Source: Mytilus edulis (Eukaryota). From it: 64,000 nucleotides of DNA. A program made the translations under genes and the position numbers. Positions 27,601 through 40,907 of the stretch are shown here, one piece after another. The DNA lies in assembly GCF_963676685.1 (NCBI RefSeq), contig NC_092356.1:20894001-20958000 (forward strand), in the 5' to 3' direction. A model generated the notes under the pieces. It was not told the DNA's origin and ran no database searches. It was given only the letters and a program-made list of their open reading frames with translations. Positions within the stretch are counted from its first letter, which is position 1, and each line of letters starts with the position of its first letter.

Positions 27601-30600
27601 TCGTTTGTCAGCTAGTCAACGGTTTTATAAGTTTTGGGTATTTTCAAATCTTTTTGGCATGAAGATCATCACTGAGGAAATATCATTTGTCGAAGTGTAT
27701 AAATTTGTTCAGTAAAATTGTTCCTGTTATACTGTTAAGGATTTCGTACTCTATAATTGATAAATAATAAATTAAAAGAATGGTCAAAATATGGATGTTC
27801 AGTGGAGAGTATTATAATTTTAAAATGACTATATTCAAGAAAAAAATATGCTATAAATATAAAAAGATGTGGTATAATTGCCAATGATACAACTCTCTAC
27901 AAGAGACGTGACACAGAAATTTACAACTATATGTCGCCGTACAGCATTCAACAATGAGTAAAACCTTTACCGCAATTCAGCTATAAAAGGCCTAGAACGA
28001 ATCTTTATACTGACAAAATATATTATTATGAAGTATTCTTCCTATGAATTGGTCTTATACTGTAACTCAATATTTAGCCCTATATTTCTGTATGTGCTTA
28101 TACACGTTAAGTTATACTTTTACAGTAAATAGTCAAACGTTATATGTATCTATGATTGAAATTATACATACCATCAATCCAGCGCCAGTCCCCTTCTCTC
28201 TGTTGATCAGTGGCACCTATCCATATATTATCAGTATCCCAGTGATCGATACGTAGATAATTCAGTAGAACAGCTTGTTTACTGGCATCCTTAACCATTA
28301 CCAAATCTCCTCCAAGTCTTCTACAATTAGCTCGGCCATCTGTCCAGGATTTCTTGTCTCGGACAAAAAGTATACAACTGTCGAGATATTCATGGACATA
28401 TCTAAGAGACCGTATTCTGGACGGACAGTGTGAGAGATCTGGAAATTTGAAATAGATTACATAGTTTATTTCAAATCAAAAGCAATACAGCTTATAGATA
28501 TATCATAAATATGTACATGATCATAACAGAACATTTTAAATACAATCGGAGGCAAGATTACATAGTATAAATCATTCAGAAGATTGTCATAAAAATGTTT
28601 ATATCTGTGGCGTATTTCAGATATTTTCCTAAATTAGAAAATTCCGATACATTCTTTGTTGACAATAATTGAACTAATTTAAAAACAGATGCATTTGTAT
28701 AATAATACCTTTTTATATACATTTTTCTAATATTGTCATATTATGGACATTTTAAAATAAAATGAAACTCATCCTCGATGTCACCCTGTCACATAATATT
28801 AAAATTTACAAAATGTACAATATATGAGCTGTATCGGACAGAAATCGAACTTAGTATGCAAATGAATATCAAATTATCAATGCGTTTTTATTTACCCATT
28901 TTGATTAATTTTTTTTATAGATAAGACTTCATAATTATGATTTACTCGTTTCTAATTCATTTTTCAAATAAAATATGTTAAAACTGATTCATTATTTAAC
29001 CTTTCTTGGGTTGAGAAAATATCTATGGAAAGTATAGAACTGTTTGAAAATTTGGTTGTAACAAGAACCCTACAACACAGACCAACAGTCATCTTTCTTT
29101 TGTAACACAACACCTGGTTATTTGGAACAGTAGTTTATTAAGCCGGTCTGGACCAGTGTCCATAACGGACGGTCTCCTCATAACAGCGCAAGCAATAGTT
29201 TATATATAATATTTATTTGAATATAACTTATTATCAAAATTTCCATTACTTGACAATAATAGTTTTTATTCTAAAGATACACAGATGAATATCTATCAAG
29301 CTGACTTGTTTTTACCAATCTTTACAATTTATAGTTGTAGAATATGCGTATGTCCAGTTCTTTAATTAATTGTTATAATACCATGTCAGCATATGGCCTT
29401 AATGTCCACATGTACATGTACTTATATTTACATGTAGTTTTAACCTTGAATTAAAACCATTAGTCTTAAAATCATTTGTATAATTTACTTGATAGATATT
29501 TCCTTGTGTTATTTTATTCAATGAATTTTATTAAACATATTAAGAATATAGATATGTATATATGAATATATTTATATTTTGAAGCCCATCATATTGTCAC
29601 ACTTTGACTTCGTATTTAAATGTTATTACATCAATAGGGCTCTTCACGGTTAGTTCGGCCATATTGGATAGGGGCAGATTTTCATAATGGAGGTAAAAAT
29701 AGTGTGAAAAATACGGGAAAACATCATGAAAACAGAGCAGTTGCTTGGAAACACACATAGGGCTTCCCATACTTTCATACTATTTCCACCTCTTTCTAAA
29801 AAATCTCCCCCATATATCCAATATGGCCGGACTAACCGTGAAGAGCCCTATAATAAAGTCTCCCGCATGTACATGCAAGTATACGTACACTTGCATACAC
29901 TGTATGTCTATTTCTATCCGACACAGCTCATATCTTAATCATAACTGGTTGTAATGTACTAAGATCGTATTTTTGAAAGATTAATATAAAAAAGATGTGG
30001 TATGATTGCCAATCAAACAACTCACCACAAGAGACCAAAATGACACAGAAATTAACAACTATATGTCACCGTACGGCCTTCAACAATAAGCAAAGCCCAT
30101 AACGCATAGTCAGCTATAAAAGGCACCGAAATTTAAATGTAAAACAATTCAAACGAGAAATTTTCATCAATAAAAAAATATATTTTCAATCTTTCTTTCT
30201 TCTTTTCTGATTTTACGAAAAACGAATGGATCAACATTTTCACAATCAAATAACAAATGTATCCATATTTGGTGTCTTGGGGAATTAGGATAAACAGAAA
30301 GACGAGTATTAATTAAACTGCATTTAATATGTGGAAAATAAAAAAAAACACGGACGTAATGCGAAGACATATTTTTTTCCAGCTACATGTAGTAAGCAGC
30401 TGAAGATTTTTTTTAAGGATACACTTCCTAAATTGTATGAAAAAACCGATCTTCTCAGGGTTTGTCCATGCATAAAACAAGTTTTAAAATGCTTTTACTC
30501 AATAATTTGTATGAAGAACCTTCAATAATCAAATTTGAGATACATGTTTGAGTCACTCTAGTATGTAAAGCAGGTTTTTTTTGCGTTTTTTGTTTCAACT

Positions 30601-30841
30601 TATTGGCTTGAACAATACAAAAATAATGAGGTTGTTATGTTCTTATCTTATTTATCGGATTTACATGATTTCTCTTTTAAATTGAGTTTTCGCTGATTAG
30701 GCTATCTTTTTTCCCTGTTTTTATTTAAGTCATTTAATATTTCTATGTTCCTAAATATATCCAAAAAAATAAATACATACCGGCACTGTAAACTGCTTGC
30801 TGTACGAAACCAAACAGAAAAAACACAAAAACTAGAATCAT
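24672..30841 (-). CDS. C-type lectin gene D: secreted CTLD + ETPAP mucin tail (~323 aa)
   Basis: Exons 30841-30781 (MILVFVFFLFGFVQQAVYSA), 28438-28172 (DLSHCPSR...SCIL...WTDGRANC...WIGATD...WRWID), 26637-26446 (GQGNNHNSGFLFANGGNEDC...WHDYPC...ACEF), 25123-24672 (ends AIIGRRRRR*). Phase-1 GT-AG. Confidence 0.87.
26215..26380 (+). mobile_element. Penelope-like RT fragment
   Basis: NFSFLYSNIPAAPEYGVCISQMIRYSRACISYHDFLDRG motif; related fragments at 53690-53880 (+) and 59550-59670 (-). Confidence 0.7.
26834..26882 (+). ncRNA. Type I hammerhead ribozyme (retrozyme fragment ~26711-26918)
   Basis: GCGTCA-CTGATGA-GTCT(tatcatatgt)AGAC-GAAA-CGCGCG-TC^TGACGT: core CUGAUGA/GAAA, stem I GCGUCA/UGACGU, cleavage after GUC at 26876. 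Confidence 0.85.
29635..29850. mobile_element. MITE with ~35-bp TIR
   Basis: tagggctcttcacggttagttcggccatattggata ... tatccaatatggccggactaaccgtgaagagcccta. Confidence 0.85.
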
Positions 30842-32051
30842 CTTGAATCAAATGAACTTAGAAAGACACCGGTTAGAAAGACTTGGTGTTAGATACCTGT
30901 TGGTTCTTTAACCCTTGTATTTGAACTATCTTACACTTTAGAATCTTCCTTGTATTCCTAAGCAAATATTCATATCTCAAAGTTAAAAGGCTTTGTGAAC
31001 AACATTCTGCTCTTGTGTATCAAACAGAAGATTGTCAAGTATTTCAACCTTTTAAGTTGTTGACACTAAGTGATAATATTGTTTGTTTTATCTTAGTGAG
31101 AAAGTTGAACTTCAAGTTGTCAATTTGCGTTACCTATATTTTGTATAACTCTTGTGTCAGTTTTTATTGCTAACTTCATGTGTTTCAATGGTACATTTTT
31201 TTTTAACTTAAAAGTACGGTCTGATATGCATGATATACATCTGAACACTGGATACAATTTATGTGTGCTGGTATTTGTTTCATATGCTAAGCGAACATGC
31301 TACATATTACGCTATCGCTGACAATTTTAGAATAAAAAGTCTTTTTGAGTGATAAACTTATCAAATATAGTTGAAATATCACAAAATAAATGGTTATCAG
31401 GAAAACGTCAACTGAACGCGAATCGTTGGTCCATTAAATGAGGCTATTTTAGACACCCGTGTAGAATGTAAGAATAACTTACAATCTAAAAGAAGTTGAA
31501 GTGTCATATGAAAATAAGAATTGTCACCAAGACAGCTCTCCACCAAAGACCAAAATATATAGAAGTTAACAACTATAATAGGTCACAGTACGGCCTTCAA
31601 CAATGAGACAACCCAATACCGAATAGTCAGCCTTTAAAAAGCACCGACATGACAAATGTAAAACAATTTAAACGAGCTTCGAGAAAATTGAATGCCTGAA
31701 TTATGTACAAAACAATGAACCAGGTGAGCCAAAATGACTTTGTAAAAGTTTTGTAAGTGGAAGAAATTTTAATTTTTTTTTTTCTCGAGAAAATCAATTA
31801 TTTGTTGAAGTAACAAGGGCTTTAAAGAATTGTCTTTGGTTTATTAGATTTCAATAACAGTATGAAAATGCAATCTACAAAAAAATGTACGTTAGTCAAC
31901 AAACTGTCTAAAAAGTATCTAAAAATCGTTCGCTAAAAATAGATTTAGATTAAAATTGAAATTGAAAAGGTTCATTTCTTTAATATCGTAGTAAAGATCA
32001 AATTGAACAACATTTTCTTTAGGTTTCAGTAAACTTATAAGAATACAAAAA

Positions 32052-35000
32052 TTAGAGTCTTCGTTTTTTGCCAATGATGTTTGACATTGTTGCGGCTGGA
32101 GTTTCCGAATTGGGCAGAGTTGTTGGTGCTGGTGTTTCAATATTTGCCATCGTTGTTGGCGCTGGCGTCTCTACGTTAGGCATAGCTGTTGTTGGCGCTG
32201 GCGTCTCTATGTTAGGATTAGCTGTTGACGGTGCCATCGTTTCAATAGTACTCGTTATCGGCGCCATTGAACTCGTGTGATTTGAAATATCAGTTGAACC
32301 TGTTTGGTTTGTCGGACCAATTGTTGTACCATATCCACTTCTAGCTAAAAGTTATAATCAAACAAGAACTTTTATGACAAATCTCACATACATATCTTAA
32401 AATTACTTCATTTCAATAATGTTCTCAACAGAAATATATATATTTTCTATGAAAATAATACTGTTTTTAAATGAGTGAAGAAGACAGTGTTGTCGTTATT
32501 TTTGTCACATATATAGTGCCACAATTCAATTATATTAGCGAACGACCTTCAACAATGAGAAAAATCAATACCGAATAGCAAGCTACTTACTGAATTCACA
32601 GGCATAAGTGTAATGGTATCCTAAACTCCCTAAACCTAAAGCACACGGATAATCATGCCATAGGCCACCATCACTTCGTCTGATCAGAGCGCAATCTTCG
32701 TTTGAACCATCAGAAAATATAAATCTTCTTGTGTTGTGGTTATTACCTTGTCCGTTCGCAAAATTTCCGTATGTTACTTGACTTCCTGAAAGTAAACGAA
32801 TTCAGTTAAACAATACAAACTAAAGTGTATCCCGTCAAACAAATTGACTTTCTTATTTTGGAAAAGATAATTATAAATATAAATGTGATTTTCAAAGATT
32901 TACAAAGGAAAATATGTTTGTACCAAAAAAGTTTTCTTATTTGACCATGTTGACATTCAATAAACAGTTAATGAGAAATGTGTGCATGGGCATCTTCTAC
33001 TCAATATCTCCTAACGATTTCAAATAAAAAAGTTTTCATAAGAGTTCCGAAGATATTTGAAAATTGGCAAACCGGAATCTAAGATTGGCTCAGGGGGACG
33101 TGTTTTTCATCAAATCGATTATGGTTATACAATTTTGTAAAATATTTTCCATACGTCAATTTTTCCAATTGTGGTTAAAGTGACGAAGTATTACAAATGC
33201 ATGTAGGCTTACAACAACAACAAAAAACCAAATCAACAACAAAAATAAGATTTTCATAGGGTTCTAATAAAATTACTATTTGTAACTTTGCGCCACAAAT
33301 AGTGCTACCATACGGTATATCATATAGTTATTTTCGTTTATTGTTATGTACATAAGTAAGGCCATTCGTTTTCTTGCTTGGATGTTTTTACAAGTGTCAT
33401 TCTTGGGATTTTTCGAGCTTGCTATGTGTTAAAGGGTTAGCTCATTGTTGATAAAGGCCGTACAGTGACCTTTGATTAATAACCTTCTGCGTTTGTGGTA
33501 TCTGGTAAAAGACTGAGTTGTCTCATTGTCATTTATACCACGCCTTTTTATATATTGACTCAGCAGACCTGAACGGAGCACCCAAGAAAGACAAAAGACC
33601 AAAGTCGCAGACCTCAGACAATCATAAAAATCAAACAAATCAGGTTTTCTTTACTGACACACCTTAGGAATCAATTGTCAGTGCTTTAAAATTATCATGT
33701 GGTATCTGTGACGTCACAAATCACACAATTTGAAATGGTTTCCTGCTTTTACTGCTACTCGAAGTGAATAGTGACTTACTTTTGATGGGCGCAGAAAGCT
33801 GCTTTTTGAATTTGTTCAAAAACTTAATATTTTTCATTAAATCATCCGTCGTAGATGTGTATCAGCTTAAAACATTAAACATATATATATATGTCATATA
33901 CATGTATTTATACATTAAAGTTACCATGGATTACAACCAATGTATACATACTTAAGTGGCCATCAAGTTTCCTTAAAACACTCAATTGTAATTTTTTTTG
34001 GAAATTCTAAAACAAATTAGAAAATAATCTAAAAGTTAGTTGTTCTCTTTTAAGGTACAAAAAATGAGTCTGGTGAAGAGTTAAAACACAAACAAATAAA
34101 TAAAAGACTTAAAACTAATACCGTCTATCCAGCGCCAGTCGCCTTCTTTAGTCTTGTCTGTAGCACCGATCCATATATTTTGTGTATTCCAATGTTCGAA
34201 TATCAGAGAATCCAAAATGAACTTTTGTTTTGCGCTATCTTTTATCATTACTAAATCTCCTCCAAAGCTCCTGCAGCTTTTACGAGCATCGTCCCATGAC
34301 ACTTTATGTTCGACAAACAGTAAGCATGCATCTGTATAGACACGTACGTGTTGCAGTTGCTGAATTCTTGATGGACATGATGATAAATCTTCAACAAAAA
34401 AAATACGTATATTATATATCTGTATTACTGTACAAGAACTGTTTAAAACCAAACGTTACAGCATTCATTTAACTCGGTTTTTGCATGATTTTTTATGTTG
34501 TGATTTGCATTCTATTGTTTGTTGTTTGTCGCTTTTCTTTTTTTGCCCTGTTATTTTGTCATTAAGTTTGAATCTTACTTCGAATATTTACAAATGTTGA
34601 ATGCTTCCCGTCTAAAAACATATAGGTTTCTTACAACATGATTTCATGTCATAGAATAATTTCTAAAATGAGCACAAATTCGGTTATTCCTTTTTGAAAT
34701 GTGCTGTATTTTAGGACACAGATAGGGTTTTTTTCGCCAAGTTTTGTCATTCTTAATAATCTTGATGACATCGTTCGAATTTCCATACAATACAAAATAC
34801 TATTGGTACCAATAAAGTTTGAATAATCAAAACATATCGCTAACTTTTTCTTTAAACATATCAAAAATGATGTTTCCGCGCAAATATGGATAATGCACGC
34901 AAATCTAATGCATTGACCAAAATAGCGTGCCATATTCTATTTGAAAAGTAGATTAAGATTCACTTAAATTATTGTCTTAATACCGCAGTCCCACTAGGCC

Positions 35001-37496
35001 ACGATCGCACTACGATCTGTGAAAAATGCAAATTTTGATGATCGTAGTTACAATACAAAGTTTTTTTATTGTCAATTATGACGCCCAATAATTTGAGCAG
35101 TACAATTAAGTTCAGTTTCATGCAAGTGATTACATATTGATTACATTGATATCTTCAAGATCGTGATGAGCGTGGCCAACTTTGAACATGTTCAAAACAA
35201 TCGTGGTGCGGTCGTGGCGAAATCAGGTCGTAGTAGAAGCGTAGTGAGAGCGTACTAAGGTCGTAGTAAGATCGCAAAAGTCGCTGTGCCATCGTAGCGA
35301 GAGCGTAGCGAAAGCGTGATTCTATTCGGAGAGACCGCGCTACGATCTCACAGCGACGTTATTACGACCTCACTACGACCATCACGTTCTCACCCAACTA
35401 CGCTTCCACTACGACTATACCACGTCTACACCACGATATGCAAGACCATAGTACGATTCTATATCGCCCTTGACGTCCTCATCACGCTCTTCTCGCGACC
35501 TGACTACGTTCATACTACAACCATCATTCTCATTTCACATAAAATATATCAAATCTCTCCAGGTTTTGTTTGTCTGTATGTTATTAGGACTTCTTATCCG
35601 TTTTCTCTGACGGCTCATCCATGCTTCTCGTTTTTATATTGATCAGACCGTTGGTTTTCCCGTTTTACACTAGTAATTTTGGGGGCCCTTTATAGCTTGC
35701 TGTTCGGTGTGAGCCAAGGTTCCGTGTTGAAGGCCGTTCCTTGACCTGTAATGGTTTACTTTTATAAATTGTTACTTGGATGGAGAGTTGTCTCATTGGC
35801 ACTCATACCACACATTCCTATATCTATTGACACATCTGTGTCCTCTCTGCTATCGTTCACTAAAATATCGTTATTTGAGCTTTATGGACCAGCAATAGGT
35901 TGTAACTTAGGTTGGATTGGTCGGTCCGACATTTCTTGATCATGATTCGTTACTATCAGAGCTCCCTCTGCCTCTATATCAACCCACCACACCACGCCCA
36001 CGTGTTCTAGTATCTTTTGGTGGCATGCCTGTTTTGTTTCCGCGAAATCTACGTATTAATCAGAAATAGAAGGAATGGAATTGTATTAATATGGAACACG
36101 ATATTGACGTTATTGCTGAAAACGTAGTAAGATCGCGGTACGACCGTAGTATAATCGTGGTAAGAACGTGCTATAATCGCAGTAGAAGCGTGGTAAGATC
36201 GTGTTGCAATCGGATAACTCGTGGTATGGTCGTGGTGAGAACGTGATGAGCGAAGAAAGATCTTAATAAGCGTAGTGAGGTCGCAGAATAAGCGCGGTGA
36301 GAATGTGGTGTAATCGTAGCGGGATCGTTGTAGAATCATAATGAGGACGTAGTAGCATCGTGAAAGCAACGGAAATTTAAATTGTCATGCCGCTCATACC
36401 GCGACCTCACCACGATCTGAATTTATTTTAGATCGCGATGAGCGTGGTGCGATCGTGGTCTAGTAGGACTCGGGCTTAACACAAATTGGTGAGCGTTTTG
36501 ATAGACATATCAATATGGTCCGTGATGATAGAAATTATTACTAGTCCCTAAACACACACACACATAAACAACATATTCACTATTCCCTAGACGCACACAC
36601 ATGAACAACGTTTTCACTAGTCCTTGAACACACACACATAAACAATGTATTCTCTAGTCTCTCAACAAACACATGAACACCGTTTTCACTTGTCCCTAGA
36701 CACACCCACACATTAACAACGTTTTCACTAGTCCCTCCTCAACACACACACATGAACAACGTATTCACTAGTCCCTAGACACACACACATGAACAACGTA
36801 TTCACTAGTCCCTCAACACACATACAGGAACAACGTATTCACAAGTCCCTCAACACACACATGAACAACGTATTCACTAGTCCCTCAACACACACACACA
36901 TGAACAACGTTTTCACTAGTCCATAGACACACACACATGAACACCGTTTTCACTAGTCCCTCTGCACACACACATGAACAACGTATTCACTAGTCCATAT
37001 ATAGACACACACACATGAACAACGTTTTCACTAGTCCCTCAACACACATGCAGCTGAGGAACAACGTTTTCACAAGTCCCTCAACACACACATGAACAAT
37101 GTATTCACTTGTCCATAGACACACACACATGAACAACGTTTTCACAAGATCCTCAACACACACACATGAACAACGTTTTCACAAGATCCTCAACACACAC
37201 AACATGAACAACGTTTTCACTAGTCCCTAGACACACACACACACACACATTAACAACGTTTTCACTAGTCCCTCTACACACACACATTAACAACGTATTC
37301 ACTAGTCCATAGACACACACACACACATAAACAACGTTTTCACAAGTTCCTCAACACACACACACACATGAACAAGTATTCATTATACAATGTAACTGAC
37401 AAAATTTTAGACAGTATATCAATTAGTGTTACCTGCTTGGCAGTAGACTTGATGAACAATGGCAATTATAACAGGTACAATTCTAAACGACGTCAT
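32052..37496 (-). CDS. C-type lectin gene E: secreted CTLD + ETPAP mucin tail (~272 aa)
   Basis: Exons 37496-37433 (MTSFRIVPVIIAIVHQVYCQA), 34388-34122, 32785-32591 (GQGNNHNTRRFIFSDGSNEDC...WHDYPC...ACEF), 32344-32052 (ends NIIGKKRRL*). Phase-1 GT-AG. Confidence 0.87.
34981..36475. mobile_element. Non-autonomous PIF/Harbinger-like DNA transposon
   Basis: TIR agtcccactaggccacgatcgcac / gtgcgatcgtggtctagtaggact; TTAA flanks at both ends; dense subterminal cgtagt/actacg/cacgat repeats; internal palindrome ttgaacatgttcaa; nested short repeat at ~35640-35825. Confidence 0.7.
36540..37381. repeat. Minisatellite, ~22 units of ~36-46 bp with variable (CA)n
   Basis: Unit actagtccct(c/ag)a(ca)n tgaacaacgt(t/a)ttc. 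Confidence 0.95.
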
Positions 37497-40400
37497 CCTA
37501 GTACAAACGAATTCAATACAATGTATTATATAATGCATTATCAAAATCTAATGTCGTTAAGATCGTGCATGACACATCTTTACACTTGTATACGCAAGAT
37601 TACTATCGTTTAGATAAAAAGTACTATACATTTCGTACTTCCCGATACTACATGATGACCCCACAAATCCAGCTTTTGAATACGAACAGAAACAGATTTG
37701 ATAGATAATGATGATTAGGTCTTTACAGAAATATTTTTGAAAAAAATTTTTTTTAGTAAGTTTCTATAAAATATCATCATGAAGATGTTCATTGAATATA
37801 AATTCCAACACTGCATCGAGTGTGATACGATATTTATCCACTCGAGACAGTAAAGTTTTCAAATTTAAAACGTTTTAAATATTTAAAATTTAACTATCGA
37901 GAGTGGATAAATACGCGTACTACACGAGATTTGGTGGTGAAATTTGTTTCTCTCATGATTTTCAAACAATACGCAGTCAAGTTATTCTTTTCGAATGATC
38001 TCGAAAAGATGTGTTCTTTCTATGTGACGTCATTAGGCATGGTCGCCTATTTTCATGCCGTCGCAATAGGAAATTCAGAGAAAAGCAAGAAAATTGGACG
38101 TCTTAATCGGATTTTAACCAATGAAGTACTGAGATCAAAAGAACCACACTTTGATTAAATGTTTTTATACAATGGGTGCAGCAAGGGATGGACGAAAAAA
38201 TTGAGAAATCAAAATATATTCTCTTTCGTATACTAAATCATTAGGCAACAGTACAGGTAAAGGTTTGCATACCCCAAACACACATTGTTTTGGCTGTTTA
38301 GGGTAAGGCTTTATGGTGTGGCGTGATGCAACGAGATAAGATACCTTCCTGTTTCTGTAATGATGCCGCACAACAGTACTGCTCCTCTCCTGTAAAAATT
38401 GTTTCCTCAATTATAACAATGTATTGAGTTAAGTCATTCCAATTGATATTTTATAGTCTGTGTCTTTCTATGTTGTGATGTTATACTACTGTTTCAGAAT
38501 AGGGAGAAGGTTTGGTACCATTAAATCCCATCCCGCTGCAATTGTTTGCACCTGTCCTACATGTAAGTCAAGAATCTGATGATCAGTGGTTGTAGTTTGT
38601 TTATGTGGTTCATAAGTGTTTCTCGTTTTTCATATAGATTAGACCGTTGTTTTTCCCGTTTGAATGGTTTTACACTAGTAATTTTTGCGGCCCTATATAG
38701 CTTACTGTTTGGTGTGATCCTAGGCTCCGTATTGAATATCGTACCTTGCCCTATCATGGTTTACTTTTATAAATTGTGACTTGGATGGAAGTTTGTCTAA
38801 TTGGCACTCATACCACATCTTCCTTTACAAATGTATCTATTGCCGTATGGGAATGATTGTCCATGTGCCTTAATTAATTCCAATTTCAATGTTCTATATT
38901 TAGCCATGGATGCCTCCTTTGCTGACTGACAAAACACCTAAATATAAAAAAGCAGATGTAGTATGATTGCCAATGAGACAACTCTTCACAAGAGACCAAC
39001 GAGACACAGAAATTAACAACTATAGGTCATCGTCCGGCTTTCAACAATGAACAAAGCCCATACCGCATAGTCAGCTATAAAATGCCCCGAAATGATAAAT
39101 GTAAAACAATTCAAACGGGTAAACTAACGGCCTCATTAATGAACGAAAAAAAATATATGTTAGACATCAACAAACGACAACCACTGAACTACAGGCTCCT
39201 GACTCCTGTTAGGCACATACACACAGAATGTTGGGGTTAAACATGTTAGCGGGATCCCAACCCTCCACTTACCTGGGACAGTGGGGGGGGGGGGGGGGGG
39301 GGAATAATGAACTCCGAGGAAAATAAAAAACGGATAAAATCTGTTGAAAAAGGCTCAATTCATCATAGGGATACACATGGAAATTTTACATACATGTATC
39401 ACAAAAAACACAGAGTGGACGTGGCCGGGTACTTGTGTATCCCTTTAGGTGTAATACCACCAAATCATGGTACGTCACACTACGAAAGTAGGTCGAAAAA
39501 AATATTCCCTTGAATTTGACAGTTGTAGGTAATTAATCCTACCGTTTATTGCAGTAAAAACATTTATGTGTCATAAACATAAGAAACAGGACTCTACCAT
39601 GAATATTCAGTTGACAGAACAAACCATACTAAGTTTGTTTTTTTTGGGGGGGGGGGGAGGGTTCTCCTTATTTCTTATATTCTGCTATGATAGAACATTT
39701 TTCCTAGGAAATACTTACATAAATATATAATTATGAGTAGATGAAATTATTTTTAATGCTGTAACGACAAATTATTCACTAAAGCCTTTAATATCCCTCT
39801 CTGGAACGCGGCGTAAATTTATTTTTTACTTAAGGACTTATTGAAACCTCCTTTGAGACACTACACTTTTATATGGATTGTTCATTCTGCTAAAATGCTT
39901 CAATTACTCATTTTTTTATAACATTTCTACCACAAATGAGTGAAACCAGTTACCCCAATATTTTTATTTATTGGCCTGAAAAGTTGAAATTTTGAGGAAA
40001 TGAGAGGTATAAAGTGACCAAAAGAGACCTTATAAAGAAGACAAAGAGGTGCATTAGAGGTATTTATCTTCCTAAAATCATCTTGTATATCATATTCAAC
40101 TGTTTGTAGACAGATAAGATATATATTTGATCATTAATTTTATTGGTCCACACTCTATTCTATCTTGATGTGGCTTGGTTTGAATTCGTAGAAGAAATTT
40201 TGCTCGAATCGCTGTAGATGTCGTCTTTCATTATACTAGATTTTTCTCTAACTATTGAACTGATTATGACAAAACTTGACAGAAATAACCAGTATTGCAA
40301 CGGAAAAAAGTCCCATTCAGTTTATTGAACAATAATGTCTTCTTTACAACAAAACACCACTAAGTCTTTGGTAAAAAAGAAATTATAATAATAATTCTTA

Positions 40401-40570
40401 TTTTTGGAAACCAATTATTTGCTGAAATATGATTGTCTAAACTTTATTAGTTTTCAATAGCTGTGTAAAAATACAATGTAAGCAGCATACATATTAAATA
40501 TTTTTGACAATGTTTTGTTTCGGGAAGATTCAGTTTGATTTCCCATTTATCCTTAGGACTAGTTATATTA

Positions 40571-40809
40571 GTTTATTAACGCCACTTTTAAGCGCCACTT
40601 TTGAGCTATTTCGTGGCGGGAAGTTTTTATTGGTGGAGGAAGCAGGAGTGCCCGTAGAAAACCACCAACCTTCAATAGAAAAACTAACAATCATAGTCAA
40701 TTAAGATTAAGGTTGAGTGCACCTGCGGGGTTCGAACTCACAACCTCAGTGTTGACTGGCTAGAGATAACAGTAGTATAACTACTTAGACTACTTGGCCA
40801 TCGAGGCCG
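40571..40809 (-). mobile_element. tRNA-derived SINE (V-SINE-like core)
   Basis: Minus strand: A-box-like TGGCCAAGTAG, B-box GAGTTCGAACCC, core TTTTCTACGGGCACTCCTGCTTCCTCC, AT-rich tail. Confidence 0.7.
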
Positions 40810-40907
40810 TCCTAGTTATATCAATGTGATGGTGGTCTTTTAATTGCAGAAAAGCAAATCATTTAAAAAAAAAAAGAGAGTTTTACCCTTGATGTATATA
40901 TACAATG

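Noticed and set aside
29000-29095. Candidate first exon for gene D
   Set aside because: No convincing signal peptide or phase-1 donor; 30841-30781 fits much better.
36540-37381. CRISPR-like repeat array
   Set aside because: No unique spacers, only variable (CA)n; eukaryotic context; no cas genes.
22429-39660. Long C/G homopolymers (22429, 39283, 39646) as G-quadruplex regulators
   Set aside because: Simple homopolymer runs are common in such genomes and error-prone in assemblies; no positional evidence of function.
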